A DNA stretch of 64,000 nucleotides, taken from assembly GCA_913040915.1 (NCBI GenBank), contig CAJWHW010000005.1, forward strand, positions 14,663-78,662, read 5' to 3'. Positions 59,522 to 64,000 of this stretch are shown here, in pieces. The notes beneath the pieces were generated by a model. The model saw only the letters and a list, made by a program, of their open reading frames with translations. It was not told the DNA's origin and did not search any database. Source of the DNA: an uncultured Fidelibacterota bacterium. Lineage in GTDB: Bacteria; Fidelibacterota; Marinisomatia; Marinisomatales; UBA1611. Every line of letters starts with the position of its first letter. Positions within the stretch are counted from its first letter, which is position 1. Both the position numbers and the translations under genes were made by a program.

Positions 59522-59539
59522 ATGAGCGTTATGAGCGTT
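59522..59539 (-). promoter_or_regulatory. Tandem 9-bp direct repeat, site B (candidate operator)
   Basis: ATGAGCGTT-ATGAGCGTT, 43 bp upstream of ATG 59479; a degenerate third unit AATAATGTT at 59513-59521. Confidence 0.78.
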
Positions 59540-59702
59540 TAATATTATTTATCAATTTTATATTATATTGATCAAATACTGAATCTTATTCACTCCGTAC
59601 TGACTTTAGTGATATAAATTATCAACTGCTTCGGTTTAACTTCTTAGTATTTGAAAAATTACATATCTTGGTACTGAATTTAGTGTAATTGTTTAGTTTG
59701 TA

Positions 59703-61061
59703 CTAAAGTGATTTGAGTAAGTTCATATTCGCAATATACTCACTTATATCAAATTTATTTTTACAACCATTATAACTCATATATCTTATTTTCCCATATA
59801 CAGGACGTTCAAACCAGGGACGGTCATGTACTCCTCCCAGACTCCAAGCGATACCTGTATAGCCATTTGCATCACGACCATCTAGCTCATACTTATCATT
59901 CAAATCTATTGCCGTTTGTAACGCTATTTCGGGAGAAGGGCTCCACTCTAAAATCTTTTTAGCCCAATACATTCTCATGTAAGTATGCATTTTCCCTGTA
60001 TACACCATTTGCAATTGGGCAGCATTCCATAGGTCATCATGAGTTTCTGCAGTTTCAAAAGCTTCTGGAGGATATAGATATTCCCGTTTATCATTCCTGT
60101 GATAATAGAGACTTTCCTTTGCCCAATTAGGAAACCCATCGAAGGAATCATAATTATTATTATAAAAACAAAAATTAGCAGCCAATTCCCGCCGCACTAT
60201 AAGCTGCTCTAAAATACTTTTGTTTTCAATTGTATCAATTTGACTGAGGTTTAACGCCACGCGCTGTGAAGAGATGTGACCAAAGTGCAAAAATGGACTC
60301 ATATTAGAAAGAACATCTTGGTTTGGGTTATTGCGATGATTGGTATAATTTTCAATCGGGAGCTTAGAAAAATATTCTAATTGTTTCTGAGCCGCTTTTT
60401 CTCCTGGTAACAACCAGTCCACCGGTACAACACTATTATCAACATTCAGCTTCTTGTAAATATTTGGCCAATCAATATCCCAACCGGGTGAATTAATATT
60501 CACAGAGTGCCGTTTCAATTTAGGAATCTCTGTTAAAAATTCACCTAGGTGTTTTTGTATTTTTGGCCTGATGGTGTATGCTCCCCACTCCTGCTTTTCG
60601 CTTGTCACCCAAATAGGTACAATATTATTGGAATCAACTATATAAAATGGAATATTAATGGAGTTTGAAATTTTCTTGGTCCTCCGGCGATGGAAACGAA
60701 GCGGTGAAAAATCTGTGACCAAAATGGCAATCTCTTCTTTTAATATTAGCTTTGGAAGCTCATTTTTTGGCGTACCATTTAGTAGACGAAAACTTATATT
60801 GAGTTTTTTTAATGATTTTTCTGTTTCATATAGCCCCTGAAATAAAAAATCATATTGTCGGATATTTGAACTGGGAAAGTCACCGATATAATTAAAACAT
60901 ACCATGAGAGAATATCCATTTTGCAATGCTAAGTCCTGTGCATGTAACAAAGCCCAATTATCATAAACTCTTTTGTCACGCTGCATCCAGTATAGTACAG
61001 TTTTACCTTTCAGAGAACCAGATTGTAATTGTTTTATTCGATTTGGATGGACAACCGACAT
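59703..61061 (-). CDS. phrB: Class II CPD DNA photolyase
   Basis: VLYWMQRD.R..DNWAL, LVTDFSPLR, GAYTIRPKI, SPFLHFG, EQLIVRRELA.NF, MHTYMRMYWAKKILEW, DGRDANGYTG. Confidence 0.93.
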   Translation of the reverse strand: MSVVHPNRIKQLQSGSLKGKTVLYWMQRDKRVYDNWALLHAQDLALQNGYSLMVCFNYIGDFPSSNIRQYDFLFQGLYETEKSLKKLNISFRLLNGTPKNELPKLILKEEIAILVTDFSPLRFHRRRTKKISNSINIPFYIVDSNNIVPIWVTSEKQEWGAYTIRPKIQKHLGEFLTEIPKLKRHSVNINSPGWDIDWPNIYKKLNVDNSVVPVDWLLPGEKAAQKQLEYFSKLPIENYTNHRNNPNQDVLSNMSPFLHFGHISSQRVALNLSQIDTIENKSILEQLIVRRELAANFCFYNNNYDSFDGFPNWAKESLYYHRNDKREYLYPPEAFETAETHDDLWNAAQLQMVYTGKMHTYMRMYWAKKILEWSPSPEIALQTAIDLNDKYELDGRDANGYTGIAWSLGGVHDRPWFERPVYGKIRYMSYNGCKNKFDISEYIANMNLLKSL

Positions 61062-61073
61062 GATGGAATTAAG

Positions 61074-61787
61074 TTACTTTTTAGCTATTGAAAGACCGCC
61101 ATCAACTGGAAAAGTTTGTCCCGTAATCCAATTATTATTTGGATCAAGCAGAAACTGCAGCATACTGCTTATGTCTTTTGGTTTTCCAACAGAACTAGTT
61201 ACGTGAAGATTTTTACTGTATTCGAGACTGGATGGATTATTCATGATAGCAGAAGATAGCGGTGTATCAACAAGCCCTGGTGCTACAGCATTGAAACGGA
61301 TTGATTTTCTCGCATAGGTTATTGATGCAGATCTGACTATTGCTTCAATACCTGCCTTGGCCGCAACAATTGCTTCATGGTTAGGTAAACCAATACGCAC
61401 TGCCGCAGTCGACATTAATATAACAGATGCATTGCTTAAAACTTTACCTGCAGCACGGACAACTGCGTAGGCACTTTTTAGGTTTGTAGAAATAATATTA
61501 TCAAATTCTTTTTCTGTTATGCGATGTGGTGACTTTAATAAAATACTACCTGCTAGATTAACGATACCATCTACATTACCTAATATTTTTTTGCCATCAG
61601 AAATAAAGTCCAAGGTATTATTAAACGATGTTGCATCAACTGAAGCGGACTGCAGATTTCCTTGACGAGGATATGCCAAAAGGTTTTTATGATAACCAAG
61701 AAAGAGCTTGTTTCCCTTGGCTTGCAGATCCGCTACCAGTTGAACACCGATACCACCGGCGGCACCAATTATAATGTAGTTATTCAT
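61074..61787 (-). CDS. SDR oxidoreductase (photolyase-associated type, lacking catalytic Tyr)
   Basis: GAAGGIG, NLAGSI.LK, STAA...GLPNHEAIVAAKA, NAVAPGLVDTPL, WITGQ..PVDGG. Confidence 0.88.
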   Translation of the reverse strand: MNNYIIIGAAGGIGVQLVADLQAKGNKLFLGYHKNLLAYPRQGNLQSASVDATSFNNTLDFISDGKKILGNVDGIVNLAGSILLKSPHRITEKEFDNIISTNLKSAYAVVRAAGKVLSNASVILMSTAAVRIGLPNHEAIVAAKAGIEAIVRSASITYARKSIRFNAVAPGLVDTPLSSAIMNNPSSLEYSKNLHVTSSVGKPKDISSMLQFLLDPNNNWITGQTFPVDGGLSIAKK

Positions 61788-61959
61788 TTATATGGTATAA
61801 AGCTTGATAAATAACACTGCTTGAAGAGGCCACACCACCCGCTAATTTCCAGCCTTCACTGAGCAAAAACCCTACGGCTTCTACGAGATCTATTTTATCT
61901 TCGTTGAAAGCAGATACGATACAATAATTTTTGTGTTTTATAACATTAACTTTTGGCAT
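61780..61959 (-). CDS. 59-aa small protein, DUF1737-like
   Basis: Not in ORF track. MPKVNVIKHKNYCIVSAFNEDKIDLVEAVGFLLSEGWKLAGGVASSSSVIYQALYHINE*; V...L.EGW.L.G...YQAL pattern; its stop overlaps the SDR start. Confidence 0.7.
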   Translation of the reverse strand: MPKVNVIKHKNYCIVSAFNEDKIDLVEAVGFLLSEGWKLAGGVASSSSVIYQALYHINE

Positions 61960-61961
61960 AC

Positions 61962-62265
61962 TTAATACGATTTTTTATCTAATATTTCAATAAAGTTCAC
62001 ATCCAGATCTTTTGTATAAATATACCCGGTTATATCATGATAGTATTGGAATTTTGGATGCATTTTTATCCACAATAGCAAAATAATTAGGATGCTGATC
62101 TAGTGTAACTAAGTCCAGATTTATATTATTAAACATCAGGACGGAACATATTTGATTTTCGAGAAGTACATCACAATCAAAACGCTTTTTGTAATACTCA
62201 AGTAAACTTGAAATATTTTCCACTTGGATAGAAACATGATCAATAATTGAAAGAATATTTCTCAT
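61962..62265 (-). pseudogene. Frameshifted VOC/glyoxalase-family gene
   Basis: IDHVSIQVENI...YY N-terminus ends at TGA 62035; the VOC C-terminus GYIYTKDLDVNFIEILD (cf. Y..DPDGN.IE) continues in another frame to TAA 61962. Confidence 0.7.
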
Positions 62266-62304
62266 AACATATTTATTATTTTCAAATTAATTATAACAAA
62301 ATAT

Positions 62305-62322
62305 ATGAGCGTTATGAGCGTT
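62305..62322 (-). promoter_or_regulatory. Tandem 9-bp direct repeat, site C (candidate operator) next to an extended -10
   Basis: ATGAGCGTT-ATGAGCGTT, 40 bp upstream of ATG 62265; minus-strand TGTTATAAT at 62298-62290. Confidence 0.8.
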
Positions 62323-62430
62323 ATACAATATATTTAATAAACTTTTTTTAGAATTTATCTAAATGAGAATCAAGTCCAATTGCAATCATATAGATAACAA
62401 TTTATAATTCAAATATTTTGAATACTTTTC

Positions 62431-62994
62431 CTAATCTATTTGGATAAGAATTTCATTTTTTCTAAACGGTGGGAGTGCCCATGGTGAGTTATATTGAGCT
62501 ACCATTGATTTTCCATTAATCTGTAAACCCAGTTCTGACATTCTTTTTTCCAACCTATCTTGAAAATATTTCACCCGTTCTTCTGTGGCCCAACCCCCAA
62601 ATGTAATAGCAGCTACTTTCGATAATTTTCGTTCTTCTAATTTTACATTTTTAAGATTTGGGCTGGGTAGATTTTCAAATTGGTGCTCCCTCGGCATTAT
62701 AAAAAGTACTTCGTGTGTTTCCTCTTCCCCATCAAGTTCGGTAGAAATCACCGGTGCTGTCATAGCAATTTCCATTTGGCTCTCATTCCCGCCAAAAATA
62801 TAATTGGCGATTCTTCGAAAACCCTCGTTTTGTGCTGACCTATAGGGTAAACTAACCTGAGTAACCGCGATAATCATAGATTGATATTCTCGAATTTCAA
62901 AATTACCCCTTTTGTCTATTAATTTATAGATAGGGTTTTCAATAGCCATAAGTGAACCAATTCCTAAAAATAACATTAATATTTTCTGCTTCAT
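62431..62994 (-). CDS. SOUL heme-binding protein
   Basis: E.P.Y, FEIREY, GFRRIANYIFGGN, IAMTAPV, F.MP, F.GWA, AQYNSPW..P.FR.NEI. Confidence 0.92.
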   Translation of the reverse strand: MKQKILMLFLGIGSLMAIENPIYKLIDKRGNFEIREYQSMIIAVTQVSLPYRSAQNEGFRRIANYIFGGNESQMEIAMTAPVISTELDGEEETHEVLFIMPREHQFENLPSPNLKNVKLEERKLSKVAAITFGGWATEERVKYFQDRLEKRMSELGLQINGKSMVAQYNSPWALPPFRKNEILIQID

Positions 62995-63009
62995 TAATAA
63001 TTCCTTTCT

Positions 63010-63867
63010 TCATTTTATGAATGGTATTAATACAGGAGTTTTCTGTTTATACTCGTTATACGATTCTAAATGGCCCCATTTTTGATCGGAATTAGCCTCC
63101 AGCAAATTAATTCCACTTACTCTGGTTAATAAAGTGGTTACGAATACCGGTGAAATGAGTGTTACATATTGCCAGCCTGATAAAACTGGAAAAGATATAA
63201 CTGCCATTCCAACCCAAACCATGATTTCACCAAAATAATTAGGATGACGAGAAATAGACCAGAGTCCGGTGGTAATAAATTGACCTTTATTTTTATGATT
63301 ATTTCGAAAATGCCGCTTTTGTTCATCAGCCAATACTTCAAAAGAAAATCCGAATAACCAAATAATTAAGCCAATGATAAAATAAAGATCATTTTTCAAA
63401 TCAGCATTATTTAATATAAGCGTAAGGCCATTTGCAGTTGTTAAAAACACCCACAATGCAGACATATTGAACCAAAGTAAAAATCTATAAAAGGAAGTTT
63501 TTACATCATGAAATCTTTTGTCTTCACCAACCTGAGACACTCGAATAAATAAAAAGAGTCCAAGACGCAGTGCCCATATTAAAATAAGAATAGCAACAAC
63601 CTGTGAACGGAAGTTCAATTCATCTACACTATAAATAGCAATTCCTATCATTACTAAATAGGCAAATGTTCCTGTGATATCATAGTACTTTTCAGTTTTG
63701 AATAGATAAGAAGGAATAAAAATTAGCCAATGAATGAAAAATCCAATTGCGGCAATATACATAAGACCAGGATAACCATAAATATTTGGCCCACCCTGAG
63801 CTCCTGCATATCCAAATAAAAGTGCAACCATAAATAAAAACATAGATTTGAAAATATTAATCATCAT
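63010..63867 (-). CDS. DUF1295 (steroid 5-alpha-reductase-like) membrane protein
   Basis: EKYYD.TG, WALRLG..LF.R, GEDKRF, E..AD.QK..F, FITTGLW..SRHPNYFGE, SG...LE. Confidence 0.9.
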   Translation of the reverse strand: MMINIFKSMFLFMVALLFGYAGAQGGPNIYGYPGLMYIAAIGFFIHWLIFIPSYLFKTEKYYDITGTFAYLVMIGIAIYSVDELNFRSQVVAILILIWALRLGLFLFIRVSQVGEDKRFHDVKTSFYRFLLWFNMSALWVFLTTANGLTLILNNADLKNDLYFIIGLIIWLFGFSFEVLADEQKRHFRNNHKNKGQFITTGLWSISRHPNYFGEIMVWVGMAVISFPVLSGWQYVTLISPVFVTTLLTRVSGINLLEANSDQKWGHLESYNEYKQKTPVLIPFIK

Positions 63868-64000
63868 TTCACCTTCTTTAGTTCAATAATATTAAACTTA
63901 AACAGTAAGACTGAAAATAAATAACCTAGATCTATTTCGAACCACCGTACTGCAAAATTTCTTTCTTGAGGCGACTTATGGTGATTGTTTTGATACAATT
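63864..64000 (-). CDS. Acyl-CoA/fatty-acid (delta-9-type) desaturase, C-terminal part (runs off window end)
   Basis: Manual translation LYQNNHHKSPQERNFAVRWFEIDLGY...; third His box (QNNHH) and W.E.D motif; ATGA overlap with the DUF1295 start. Confidence 0.75.
   Translation of the reverse strand, partial: LYQNNHHKSPQERNFAVRWFEIDLGYLFSVLLFKFNIIELKKVK

Noticed and set aside
59513..59539. ATGAGCGTT repeats as CRISPR or microsatellite
   Set aside because: Only two 9-bp units per site, no spacers or cas genes; the fixed distance to start codons fits an operator better.
59545..59700. Possible gene remnant between the photolyase and site B
   Set aside because: No open frame or motif that I could assign.
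2551..61206. Numerous 60-125 aa ORFs antisense to or nested in long genes (e.g. 2551-2847, 10001-10372, 36172-36537, 53240-53584, 57844-58158)
   Set aside because: Shadow frames of well-supported genes with no recognisable motifs.

Overview
This AT-rich, gene-dense bacterial window most likely comes from a marine FCB-superphylum organism. Marinimicrobia/SAR406-like is my inference from the gene families: PorV, T9SS-type/FlgD C-terminal domains, a C25 peptidase with a dockerin, and a TBDR without SusD. (1) About 1-17 kb holds envelope and housekeeping genes: two CDP-glycerol-transferase-family genes, msbA, a GNAT, hemW, amn, xth, grxD, tRNA-Glu, a C25 peptidase, a GT2 and a nucleotidyltransferase. 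(2) About 19-48 kb holds a divergent, LacI-associated beta-1,3-glucan (laminarin) utilisation locus. Its left arm is a SusD-less cassette: multi-module binding protein, TBDR, CTD protein, PorV, PrsA/SurA-like lipoprotein and GH16. Its right arm carries GH16-PA14, an Opp/Dpp-type ABC importer, GH1, GH30, a GH149 phosphorylase and a GH16 with a CTD. (3) About 55-64 kb holds a light/oxidative-stress cluster: class II photolyase, SDRs, SOUL, DUF1295, a desaturase and TBDR-DUF4249. The strongest new signal is a 9-bp tandem repeat (ATGAGCGTT x2). It lies in the same orientation 40-43 bp upstream of three start codons: two operons of the light cluster, and a BldC/CarH-like regulator about 41 kb away. 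That regulator's B12-type sensor fold lacks both His ligands and carries a CNMQCC motif, which suggests a B12-independent light/redox regulon. Other observations include a circularly permuted PA14 inserted into a GH16, a hinge-less LacI with CpG-less operators, and five unannotated gene remnants. All family calls come from motif recognition by eye; no searches were run.
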